This document shows positions 10,416-21,314 of a stretch of DNA of 64,000 bases, piece after piece. The first letter of the stretch is position 1. Each line of letters starts with the position of its first letter. The stretch comes from Armatimonadota bacterium (GTDB taxonomy: Bacteria > Armatimonadota > UBA5829 > DSUL01), in NCBI GenBank assembly GCA_039811685.1, contig JBDHZC010000005.1, forward strand, positions 128,001-192,000, written 5' to 3'. The notes below the pieces were generated by a model that was not told the origin of the DNA, did not search any database, and was given only the letters and a program-made list of their open reading frames with translations. The position numbers and the translations under genes were made by a program.

Positions 10416-11303
10416 ATGAGCATTCTTGTTGACAAAAACACCCGGCTTCTCGTGCAGGGGATGACGGGACGCGAAGGAGAGTTTCACACACGCCAGATGG
10501 TCGCCTACGGCACAAACGTCGTCGGTGGCGTAACGCCGGGCAAGGGCGGCGGAGAGTTGAACGGAATTCCCATTTTTGATACGGTGGCGGAGGCCCGTCG
10601 CGCGACAGACGCCAACGCAACCTGCATTTTTGTGCCGGCGAAGTTCGCGAAGGACGCCGTCGTGGAAGCGGTAGATGCACAGATTCCTCTCATTGTCACC
10701 ATCACCGAGGGGATTCCGGCGCTCGACATGGTGTACGCCGTGAACCTTGTGCGCAGCCGCGGATTGCGGATGATTGGCGCCAACTGTCCCGGAATCATCA
10801 CGCCTGGTGAATGCAAGATAGGTATTCTGCCGGGTGAGATCTTTACGTCTGGAAGTGTTGGTCTTATCTCGCGCAGCGGAACGCTGACTTACGAGATCGT
10901 CGATGAGCTCACGCGGGCGGGACTCGGACAGTCCACCTGCATCGGCATTGGCGGTGACCCGACTCCCGGGACTACCTTTATCGACGCGCTGCCACTGTTC
11001 GAGGCTGATCCTCAGACCAGGGTTGTCGTAATGGTGGGCGAGATTGGCGGAGCGGATGAGGAGATCGCCTCAGAGTACATCGCAAAAGAGATGAGCAAGC
11101 CCGTCATCGGTTTTGTCTCTGGCCGAACGGCGCCACCCGGCAAGCGCATGGGGCACGCTGGCGCCATAGTCAGCGGACGCTCCGGTACAGCGCAGGCCAA
11201 GGTAGAGGCTTTACTGAGGGCTGGAGTGAAGGTCGCTGATACAACGCACGACATTCCCGCCCTTGTAAGCGCAGCGCTGAAGCAGGAGCCGTCCGTCCAC
11301 TGA
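10416..11303 (+). CDS. sucD: Succinyl-CoA synthetase alpha subunit
   Basis: [25 protein letters not shown] phospho-His motif. Confidence 0.97.
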   Translation: MSILVDKNTRLLVQGMTGREGEFHTRQMVAYGTNVVGGVTPGKGGGELNGIPIFDTVAEARRATDANATCIFVPAKFAKDAVVEAVDAQIPLIVTITEGIPALDMVYAVNLVRSRGLRMIGANCPGIITPGECKIGILPGEIFTSGSVGLISRSGTLTYEIVDELTRAGLGQSTCIGIGGDPTPGTTFIDALPLFEADPQTRVVVMVGEIGGADEEIASEYIAKEMSKPVIGFVSGRTAPPGKRMGHAGAIVSGRSGTAQAKVEALLRAGVKVADTTHDIPALVSAALKQEPSVH

Positions 11304-12199
11304 TGACAGATGCAGGTGGGACGCTGCCAGCTATCGCTTTTGTGGGCCTGGGGGCTATGGGCGCGCCGATGGCCCAAAATCTGCTGAGGGCCGGCTTTGC
11401 CGTGACGGTTCACAACCGCACTCGCCACCGCGAAGAGCCGCTGGTTGAAGCGGGGGCGTCGCGAGCCTCCTCACCCGCCGAAGCTGCCCGCGACGCCGAA
11501 ATCTGCATCACAATCGTGAGCGATGTCCCCGATGTCGAAGAAGTCATCTGCGGCCCTGAAGGCGTTCTGAACGGTCTGCGCGCCGGCAGGCTGGTTGTGG
11601 ATATGAGCACTATAGGCCCGAAGGCCGCCCGCGCCGTCCAACACTCCTGCGCCCAGTCCAATGTACGCTTCATTGATGCGCCTGTCTCCGGCGGACCGTC
11701 CGGCGCCCAGGATGCCTCGTTGGCGATCATGGCCGGAGGAGCCGAAGCGGACTTTCAGGAGGCGCTGTCGGCGCTCCGGGCGATGGGGAAGACTGTTGCG
11801 CTGATGGGCCCGGTTGGAGCCGGGCAGGCGGCGAAGCTGGTAAATCAGGTGATTGGCGCCGGAACGTTCTGTGCGGTTGCCGAAGGGCTGATGTTGGCCC
11901 GCAAGCTCGGTTTGGATGAGACCCAGACGATGGATGTCATCGCAGGTGGAGCAGCCGGGAGCTGGATGGTAGAGCGCCTGGCGCCGAAAATGATCGGCCA
12001 CGATTTTGAAGGCGGCTTCAAGATTGAGCTTCAAGCCAAGGATCTGCGCCTGGTGATTGAAAACGCCGATGAGCTGGGACTGCCAATGCCGCTGACGCGA
12101 ATGATCCGGCAATTCCTCGCGGCGGCTGCGGCTGAGGGGCACGCGCAGCACGGGACGCAATCTGTCATCAGCGTCTGGGAGCGCCTGAGCGCCAGCTAG
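11303..12199 (+). CDS. Beta-hydroxyacid dehydrogenase (3-hydroxyisobutyrate / tartronate semialdehyde reductase family)
   Basis: FVGLGAMG, DAPVSGG, catalytic KLVNQ, KDL; TGATG coupling to sucD. Confidence 0.9.
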   Translation: MTDAGGTLPAIAFVGLGAMGAPMAQNLLRAGFAVTVHNRTRHREEPLVEAGASRASSPAEAARDAEICITIVSDVPDVEEVICGPEGVLNGLRAGRLVVDMSTIGPKAARAVQHSCAQSNVRFIDAPVSGGPSGAQDASLAIMAGGAEADFQEALSALRAMGKTVALMGPVGAGQAAKLVNQVIGAGTFCAVAEGLMLARKLGLDETQTMDVIAGGAAGSWMVERLAPKMIGHDFEGGFKIELQAKDLRLVIENADELGLPMPLTRMIRQFLAAAAAEGHAQHGTQSVISVWERLSAS

Positions 12200-12260
12200 A
12201 AACCGAGTCCCTCAAGCCCTCGCGACTGCAGCGCAGAAGCGGCGGGGCAATCTGCTTCCG

Positions 12261-13052
12261 TCAGGCAGAGCGGCGGATCATCTCGCGAGCCTGCTGACAT
12301 ACCTCACAGTCCGAAATGTCACACAGCAGCGCTGCGGAGTCCTTTGCCAGCATCTCCAGCGCAACGGCTACCAGGTCTCTGGACTTCATCAGGCGCACCT
12401 CCGCATTTCCAATCTGGCTGTAGCGGACAGATCCGCGCGCATCGAGCGCATCGTCCAGCTTGCCGAAGCCCCGGCTGCAACCCGGGCGGCGCACCTGGAG
12501 GCGCTCCATCTGATTTCCCCGGCACACGACGGCCTCCCGGACCCGGTCCAGATACGGGACAGCAGCCACCTCTTCCGCTACATGAATGGTAGAGTTGCTG
12601 AGGTTGCCACACCCGATCAGCAACACCCACCCGTCCTCTTCCCAGAGCCTCCACAGCGGACTGCCCCGTCCGAAGGCGTGAGAGTTTTCGTGGCCTTCCA
12701 GCAACCCAGCCGCACCCTCACCCACAGCGGCTACCGGATGCGTCGGGTGCAGACTCCGAACGGCGCCCGGCAGCTTTCGGAAAGCCTCAGTAATTGCGCC
12801 TGTCAAAGACGGCGTGGTCAACGGGTCATAGGGATGCTGCCCGTAGTTGAATGTGGGCACGACGCACAGCCCGCCGGGTTGGACCGCCTCAGCCAGCGCC
12901 TGCGCCACTGCCTCCGCGCCCCCCTCGACGCGTCCAAAGCTGGACAGGGACGAGTGAGCAACCAGCCTGTCTCCAGGCGTGACACCTGCTGAGCGCAACT
13001 TTTCAACAATCAGCGCCCTGGTGACGAGAGGTGAGCCGGGATTCGAAGTCAT
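12261..13052 (-). CDS. AAC(3)/YokD-family N-acetyltransferase
   Basis: HSSLSSFG.VEGG, PTF, GAITE, HP, STIHVAE; C-terminal CxxxxCxxC. Confidence 0.85.
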   Translation of the reverse strand: MTSNPGSPLVTRALIVEKLRSAGVTPGDRLVAHSSLSSFGRVEGGAEAVAQALAEAVQPGGLCVVPTFNYGQHPYDPLTTPSLTGAITEAFRKLPGAVRSLHPTHPVAAVGEGAAGLLEGHENSHAFGRGSPLWRLWEEDGWVLLIGCGNLSNSTIHVAEEVAAVPYLDRVREAVVCRGNQMERLQVRRPGCSRGFGKLDDALDARGSVRYSQIGNAEVRLMKSRDLVAVALEMLAKDSAALLCDISDCEVCQQAREMIRRSA

Positions 13053-15310
13053 CGCCCTTTGCCACTCACCTGCGCGATAATCTGCGCCCTGCCAGCGAGC
13101 CCTGTCAGATCGAGTACATCCGGCGACGGCAGGCGCGCCGGCCTACCGTTGACTGTCGCAGACAGGACACGCCGTCCACCGGGCAACCGCAGTTTTAGAA
13201 GCGTCCGGCGCGCCGCTCTTGAAGGCAGCACAACATCCACCTTCACCCGCGCCCGCGCAATCTGCGAGCGCGCCGTCAGCGTCACCGGCCCAAGTGCTGT
13301 GGGCGCTTCGCGCACGCTGATCTGCTGCCCATCTTCGAGCCACTGGCGCGGCGTCGCGAAGAGCAGCCTCAGCGTATCAGGCTGTCCGTCATCGTCCATA
13401 TCCCAGTCCTGAACTACAAGGTTGCGCAGCAAGAGCAGGAAGTGCCCGTTCCCAGCGGAGTTCGGCGGGAGATAAAAGAGACGCCCGCGCTCATCAAGAG
13501 GTGCGATATCTGCACCCTCTCCACTGATAAAAGTGTCCCGCGTCATCCCCTGCGCCAACTTTCCGTAAAAAGCCGCCAGCACGCGGTCGGCTTCATCACG
13601 TTGCAGCAGAGTCAGGTTGTGGCGCAGGGTATAGAGATCGTTGATCTTGCTGTCTCCAACCCAGAACGTGCGCGTGTTGCCGCGAGTGCGCAGCAGATTC
13701 ATGCACAGCCCGCCGTTCTCGCGGTCGTACGCTATGATGTCGTCAGCGTACTTGCTGTCGTACGCAAAAACACCGGAGCCCAGCACAAACTGGATCATCA
13801 GATTCCAGTAGCCGCCCATATAGCTGCCGGTGATAGGCCGGTAAGGCTTCTCCTCACCGAAGAGAGCCACAGGAATGAAGGGCGGTGAGACACTGCGATC
13901 AATGCTTCTGTCCACAGCGTCCAGAATAATCCTGCGATAGACGTCAGCTTCAGCGCGCATCTTCTGTGCCAGTTCTGCGTCGCCGATGTCATTTACAACC
14001 ACCGAGAAATCCCGCAGCGCCCGCCAGCAGTTGGCGTTGGAGTTAAGTGAGTAAACCATAGTGTCAATGTCACCACAGTACTTCTCGCGCGGAAGCATTC
14101 CGTTCTCCGTACGGCCATCGAGAATGCGATTCACCTCTTTCTCCCACCGAGGGCGCATCTGGCGGACAAAGTCTGCATCCCGGCTCAGCCAGTAGAAGCG
14201 CGCAAGCAGATTCAGCTTCAACGCCGCCTGGTAGTACTCCATGTTCTTGCGCGTGAAATCCAGAAGCGGCGGGATCATCCTGCGCGTGTCCTCCTCGCGT
14301 CCCCACTCCATGAGTGACCTGGCCGCATCGCCTCCTTCTGATTCGTACAGCTTCGCGTACTGATTTCCCGCGCTGTAGCGGATTTCATCTCCGTTCAAAC
14401 AGACATAAGAACCGACAATCAGCGAACGCCAGGCGTTGTTAACCAGTGGCTCAGGAACAGAGACAGTCATCTTAGAGGCGACAAGGGAGCTCCAGAGCGC
14501 GGCGGCTTTTTGTCTGAGATCCTCATAGACTGCAACGTCCACAGCGGGCAGTGCGGAGGGCTCTGTCGGTTCTGTGGCAAGTGCAAAGGTGCAGCGCTGT
14601 CCCGGTTTTACCCACGCCGACAGAGCGTTGCGGTACTTGTTGAACTCCCAGGAGCTGTCGAACCAGGCCACTGCCCGCCCGTCAGGCAACGTCAAGGAGC
14701 GACCGTGTTCGATCAGAGACTCCGGATGCTCAAGCTGCACCTCGATCTTCTGTCCAGCGCTTCCCTGATAGCTGATCTGCGCCAGCACAACGCCGCTTCC
14801 GGCAAGACCCGGCGCGGTTGCGGCAAAAACTTCCTGCGCGAAGCGCCCTTCCGGCGTTTTGTAGGAAAAGCGCACAATCGGCAGATATCCCTCTGCGTAG
14901 TGTGGACCCTGGAGGCTGCGGGGGTCCTGACCGTAAATCTCTCTGTGATAACCGACTCTCAGAGTAGCGGGAATGCCTTTTTCACCTGCCCAGTTTGGCT
15001 GACGCACCAGCGCGTTGATGGCGCTGCCGTTAGAGACGACCCGCGCTTTGACCGGGGCGGCCGGGGCGCTGAGCGCAATGGGGTAATAGTGAAACGAGGT
15101 GTCCACATAGCGCAGGGGCGCCGTCAGATCGCGAAAAAAGCTGAACGTCGGTCCGTCCTTTTGCGCCAGCGCCTTTTCTGCCCAGACGTCTCTGAGGGCG
15201 CTGGCAGCCTGGCTGTACGCCGGAGGCCGTCTCGCGGGAGAGGCTGAAGCGGCACAGGCGGAACAGACGCCCGCCAGACAAACCAGAATACGAAACGCTC
15301 GTTTTGACAT
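13049..15310 (-). CDS. Secreted hypothetical protein, possibly six-hairpin glycosidase-like
   Basis: Signal peptide; helical aromatic/acidic core and beta-rich C-terminus resembling (alpha/alpha)6 glycosidases; family not certain. Confidence 0.55.
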   Translation of the reverse strand: MSKRAFRILVCLAGVCSACAASASPARRPPAYSQAASALRDVWAEKALAQKDGPTFSFFRDLTAPLRYVDTSFHYYPIALSAPAAPVKARVVSNGSAINALVRQPNWAGEKGIPATLRVGYHREIYGQDPRSLQGPHYAEGYLPIVRFSYKTPEGRFAQEVFAATAPGLAGSGVVLAQISYQGSAGQKIEVQLEHPESLIEHGRSLTLPDGRAVAWFDSSWEFNKYRNALSAWVKPGQRCTFALATEPTEPSALPAVDVAVYEDLRQKAAALWSSLVASKMTVSVPEPLVNNAWRSLIVGSYVCLNGDEIRYSAGNQYAKLYESEGGDAARSLMEWGREEDTRRMIPPLLDFTRKNMEYYQAALKLNLLARFYWLSRDADFVRQMRPRWEKEVNRILDGRTENGMLPREKYCGDIDTMVYSLNSNANCWRALRDFSVVVNDIGDAELAQKMRAEADVYRRIILDAVDRSIDRSVSPPFIPVALFGEEKPYRPITGSYMGGYWNLMIQFVLGSGVFAYDSKYADDIIAYDRENGGLCMNLLRTRGNTRTFWVGDSKINDLYTLRHNLTLLQRDEADRVLAAFYGKLAQGMTRDTFISGEGADIAPLDERGRLFYLPPNSAGNGHFLLLLRNLVVQDWDMDDDGQPDTLRLLFATPRQWLEDGQQISVREAPTALGPVTLTARSQIARARVKVDVVLPSRAARRTLLKLRLPGGRRVLSATVNGRPARLPSPDVLDLTGLAGRAQIIAQVSGKGR

Positions 15311-15517
15311 ATAACACTTCCCATGGCAGGGTGGTAGCGGTTATTCGAGAATCAAAATCTGTGCGACCACCGCCGGTGCGCCCAAAGACCGCACGCCTGA
15401 CCCTGTGCGCATAGAATAGCAGGAGTTGACCTGTTCTGTTAAGAATGTGCGACGTCGGGCGTCCATATCACTCCCAAAAAGCGTGTAACTGTTTCGCCCG
15501 CTCAGGAGAGAGAATCA

Positions 15518-17065
15518 ATGCCGAGTCAAGCCACAAGCGCAACTGCTTGCGCGGCCACACCACACCCACTCGCAGGAGAGACAGCTCACCAGATACTGGC
15601 GTCCGGTGGCAACGCCGTTGACGCTGCTGTAGCCGCGATGCTTACTCTGTCCGTTGTGATTCAGGGCTCCGTCGGGCTTGGAGGCTACGGTGGGAGTCTG
15701 GTGGTGTGTTTGAAGGACGGCAGCGTCGCGGCGCTCAACTTTGATTCCCACGCGCCAAAGGCCTACCGGAGGGAGCTCTTCGCCGGAAAAGCAGACGCTG
15801 AAGTATTTGGCTATCTCGCGATAAGTGTGCCGGCTGTTGTAGCGGGTCTGGCGGAGGCGTTGAGGCTGTGGGGCACGCTTTCGTGGGCGCAGGCGAGCGA
15901 GCACGCAATCAGAATTGCCTCCGAGGGCTTTCCAGTGGATGCAATTCTCAAGGCTCAGATGGAGACGATGGCCGCGGGTACGGACGCTGACTCTCGGCAG
16001 GCGATGTTTCCACAGGGGCGCACGCCAGAGGTGGGAGAAATCTTTGTTCAGCGGGACCTGGCTAATCTTCTGCAAAGTCTGGCGGACGAAGGACCGGAGA
16101 GCTTTTACAGGGGCGATCTGCCGAGCAGGCTGTGCACACATATTCAACAACACGGTGGGATATTGAGCGCTGAGGATTTCGATTACCAGCCAGAGCTCGT
16201 CCAACCGCTTCACGCCCACTACCGGGGACTGGATCTGTTCACACCGCCGCTGCCTTCCGGCGGCCTGACGACGCTGCAGATTCTGAAAGCGCTGAATCAC
16301 TTTGACATCCAGGGCTTGCGCGGGCGTGAGGCAGACTACTTTCATCTCTTCGCTGAAGTTGCAAAACTCTGCTGGCAGGATCGCGAAGCCCACTCCGCAG
16401 ACCCCAACTTCAGAGAGGTTCCGGTAGCGCAGATACTCTCAGACGAGCGCGCCGCAGACATTGCAGAGCAGATTTCATCTTGCGCCAACGCCGCGGAAAA
16501 GCCGAAAGAGGCGCCGGGGTCTTCACACACGGGCAACGTAGTCGTGAAGGATGCTGCGGGGAATATGGTCTCCCTCACGGCGACACAGGGCGGAATGTTT
16601 GGATCGCGCGTGGTCATTCCAGGGCTCGGCCTGGTGATGGGGCATGGCATGTCGCGCTTTGACAGCAACCCGGCAAGCCCGAATGCCGCGCAGCCGGGCA
16701 AGCGAATGTGCCACAACATGTCCCCTCTCCTGGCGCTTCAGAATGGAGGCGCGCATATCGGGCTGGGAATGCCGGGCGGGGAGACCATCGTTACAGTCAC
16801 AGCTCAGATGCTCATGAGTCTGGTAGATTTCCAGATGCAGCCACTGGACGCAGTCTGCCGCGCGCGTGTCCACGTTCAGTCTGCCGAGCCGCTGCAGGTC
16901 TGGAATGTAGAAGGCGATATTCGCTCCGAGCTTCGTCGCAAGGGACACAGCCTGCTAATCAAAGAAAGCATTGGCGGGCCCTGCAACGCACTTGCGGTTC
17001 ATCCTGAGACTGGGCAGATCACCGCCGCGTCCCAGGGCGAAGAAGGCTCAGCTATCGGCCTTTGA
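15518..17065 (+). CDS. Gamma-glutamyltransferase-like Ntn hydrolase, no signal peptide
   Basis: GGNAVDAAVA, VPAVVAG, FYRG, PPLPSGG, nucleophile Thr in HTGNVV, PGG oxyanion motif. Confidence 0.85.
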   Translation: MPSQATSATACAATPHPLAGETAHQILASGGNAVDAAVAAMLTLSVVIQGSVGLGGYGGSLVVCLKDGSVAALNFDSHAPKAYRRELFAGKADAEVFGYLAISVPAVVAGLAEALRLWGTLSWAQASEHAIRIASEGFPVDAILKAQMETMAAGTDADSRQAMFPQGRTPEVGEIFVQRDLANLLQSLADEGPESFYRGDLPSRLCTHIQQHGGILSAEDFDYQPELVQPLHAHYRGLDLFTPPLPSGGLTTLQILKALNHFDIQGLRGREADYFHLFAEVAKLCWQDREAHSADPNFREVPVAQILSDERAADIAEQISSCANAAEKPKEAPGSSHTGNVVVKDAAGNMVSLTATQGGMFGSRVVIPGLGLVMGHGMSRFDSNPASPNAAQPGKRMCHNMSPLLALQNGGAHIGLGMPGGETIVTVTAQMLMSLVDFQMQPLDAVCRARVHVQSAEPLQVWNVEGDIRSELRRKGHSLLIKESIGGPCNALAVHPETGQITAASQGEEGSAIGL

Positions 17066-17114
17066 CACCAGCGCCGGTTAGACCGGTGGGCGGGCGCCAC
17101 GTCCGTACGAACGG

Positions 17115-18877
<1,763 letters not shown>

Positions 18878-18945
18878 TTTTTCAATTTCTCTGTACGCTT
18901 CGCCAGGTACACAGGCTCCGACATCGTCCAGAAAGAGGGAGAACC

Positions 18946-20229
18946 TCAGCTTCTCACGGGGCGAAGCGCGCTGCCGTTGAGCTCCCAGTCCCCGTGGCAG
19001 AACGCAAGACCGCTGCGCGGGTCCGGCACGCGTCCCGTGCCGTAAACGTCCATGGGCGACACAGTCAGCTGTGCGGCATTCTCAACATAGTCCGCAACTT
19101 CGCCGACCCGTCCAATCCAGATATGCACCCAGTATGTCCCATGCATCATCGGAAATCGGCGGAACGTGCAGCGGATTTTGCTGGGCCCGTCCAGGCTCAG
19201 CGGCGCGTTCACCTGCTCCCAGGAAAAACAGCGAATCGCCTGTGTGCTGAGTGAGTTTCCAACAAAGATGCCTACAATCGCATCCGGATAGCTTCCCTCC
19301 GTGTCCACTTCCACGCAGAAATCTCCACCCATCGGGACGCTGTCTGTGAGCTGATCCGCATCGTCCACAATACGCACCGCCACCGCACGCGCCGCGCCAT
19401 GACCCTGTCTGTCCTTGCGTTCGCGCAGGTCCTGAGACTGTGTGGCTCTTGAGGCTGAATACAGCCGGATCGCCTCAGCCGTGCTGCCGTCAAACTCCGA
19501 GCGTCCCTGTTTCAGCAGAATGGCGCGAGAGCACAAGGAGTCCACCGCCACCAGGTTGTGGCTGACGAAAAATACCGTGCGCCCCTCTCGTGAAGCCACA
19601 TCCTCCATCTTGCCCAGACACTTTTGCTGAAACTGCGCGTCTCCCACTGCGAGCACTTCGTCCACCACCAGAATCTCCGGCTCCAGGTGCGCCGCTACCG
19701 CAAAGGCCAGCCGGACATACATGCCCGATGAATAGCGCTTGACCGGCGTGTCCAGAAACTTCTCAATCTCCGCAAACTCCACAATCTCATCGAACTTGCG
19801 CCTGATCTCCGCTCTGGACATTCCGAGAACCGCGCCGTTGAGGAAGATGTTCTCGCGTCCAGTCAGTTCCGGATGAAACCCCGTGCCCACCTCCAGCAGG
19901 CTGGCCACGCGACCCCGCACGCGAAAGCGCCCCTCGGAGGGCTCGGTGATGCGGCTGAGCAGCTTCAGAAGTGTAGATTTGCCCGCCCCGTTGCGCCCGA
20001 TTATGCCCACAGCCTCCCCGTGACGCACTTCGAAGGAGATATCTCTGAGTGCCCAGAACTCCTCCCGCGTCATCTTCGCAGAACCGCGCCGCAGCGTGAA
20101 CAGAGATTTCGCGCCCTGCGCTAACACATCGCGCAGAGCCGTATAGCGCGCCTGCCCCTGACTCTGGTGGCCAATGATGTACTTCTTGCCCAGCCCTTCC
20201 GCCCGGATTGCCAGCTCTTCAGATGACAT
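18946..20229 (-). CDS. wzt: Polysaccharide ABC exporter ATPase with C-terminal Wzt_C-like domain
   Basis: GRNGAGKST, YSSGM..RLAF, DEVLAVGD; ~150 aa beta-rich C-terminal extension. Confidence 0.9.
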   Translation of the reverse strand: MSSEELAIRAEGLGKKYIIGHQSQGQARYTALRDVLAQGAKSLFTLRRGSAKMTREEFWALRDISFEVRHGEAVGIIGRNGAGKSTLLKLLSRITEPSEGRFRVRGRVASLLEVGTGFHPELTGRENIFLNGAVLGMSRAEIRRKFDEIVEFAEIEKFLDTPVKRYSSGMYVRLAFAVAAHLEPEILVVDEVLAVGDAQFQQKCLGKMEDVASREGRTVFFVSHNLVAVDSLCSRAILLKQGRSEFDGSTAEAIRLYSASRATQSQDLRERKDRQGHGAARAVAVRIVDDADQLTDSVPMGGDFCVEVDTEGSYPDAIVGIFVGNSLSTQAIRCFSWEQVNAPLSLDGPSKIRCTFRRFPMMHGTYWVHIWIGRVGEVADYVENAAQLTVSPMDVYGTGRVPDPRSGLAFCHGDWELNGSALRPVRS

Positions 20230-21043
20230 CGGCAAAAGTCTTCTCCGTGCGGCGAAAATACCAGATCGCCCCCACCAGCAAGCACACTGTGGCGACAACC
20301 GACATCACAAGGCCGGGCAGGTACAGCTCAAAGTTGCGTCCCAGAATAGCCCATCGAAAGCCATCAATGACACCTACCATCGGATTGATCGAGTAGATCA
20401 GCCGCCACCTGGCGGGGACAATGTCGCTTGTAAAGCCCACCGGCGATATGTAGGTCCCGAACTGCACAATAAAGGGGACGATGTAGCGAAAGTCGCGATA
20501 CTTGACATTCAAAGCCGCCAGCCACAGCCCGGCGCCCGCCGCCGCGCCTCCCGCCAGCAGGACGAAGGCGGGAATGAAGAGGATGCGCCCGGACGGCGCA
20601 AACCGGTAGAGCGCCATCAAGACTCCCAGGAGAGCCGCTGAGATCAGCAGATCCACAAAGCTGACGATGACCGAGCTGGCAGGCACGATGATGCGCGGGA
20701 AGTACACCTTGCTGATCAGTTTTTCGTTGTTGAGCAGGCTGTTGGAAGACTCACTCAGCGCATTGGAGAAAAACTGCCACGGAAGCATCGCCGCAAAAAC
20801 CAGCAGCGGATACGGAACGCCCTGCGAAGGCAGTCTGGCGAAGCGCCCGAAAACAACGGTGAGGATGAGCATGGTCAGCAGTGGCCGCAGCACGCTCCAG
20901 GCGACGCCGATCACCGTCTGTTTGTAGCGCACCAGAACGTCGCGCCACGCCAGGAAGTAAAACAGCTCCCTGTAGCGCCACAAGTCCCGCCAGTACAGCC
21001 TCTCGCCCCGGCCGGCCTCAACCAGTAACTCTTGTGTGCTCAT
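20219..21043 (-). CDS. wzm: Polysaccharide ABC exporter permease
   Basis: RYKQTVIG..W, LISKVYFPR, YRDFRY, NPM; six TM segments; overlaps the wzt start. Confidence 0.9.
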   Translation of the reverse strand: MSTQELLVEAGRGERLYWRDLWRYRELFYFLAWRDVLVRYKQTVIGVAWSVLRPLLTMLILTVVFGRFARLPSQGVPYPLLVFAAMLPWQFFSNALSESSNSLLNNEKLISKVYFPRIIVPASSVIVSFVDLLISAALLGVLMALYRFAPSGRILFIPAFVLLAGGAAAGAGLWLAALNVKYRDFRYIVPFIVQFGTYISPVGFTSDIVPARWRLIYSINPMVGVIDGFRWAILGRNFELYLPGLVMSVVATVCLLVGAIWYFRRTEKTFADVI

Positions 21044-21314
21044 AGATAGAAGGACGAACAACCCCGCTTCCGCAGCGCACAGCTCCGCCGAAGGTGGGCA
21101 CGGAGCGCAGAAACGCCGGGAGCAGGCAACACTGCCCGGGCACGAGGAGTTTAGCCGGAACCAGCCCGCGCGCGCAACGCAGGAGGCCAGCCCTTGTCCT
21201 TCCAGCCACAAGTGTGCTCTAACTGCACACGGCAAATCTCTCCGGGTACAGAGAGCAACTGGAACTAACCAGGAGACAATTCGCTGTTATGTGTTCAGAA
21301 CGGCCTTGCGAACG

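Noticed and set aside
12261..13052. Acquired aminoglycoside resistance gene
   Set aside because: No mobile context; family membership alone does not imply resistance.
21225..21275. GGCAAA-containing hairpin resembling a c-di-GMP-I riboswitch
   Set aside because: No GNRA loop or GCAAAG second stem, and wrong strand for wzm.
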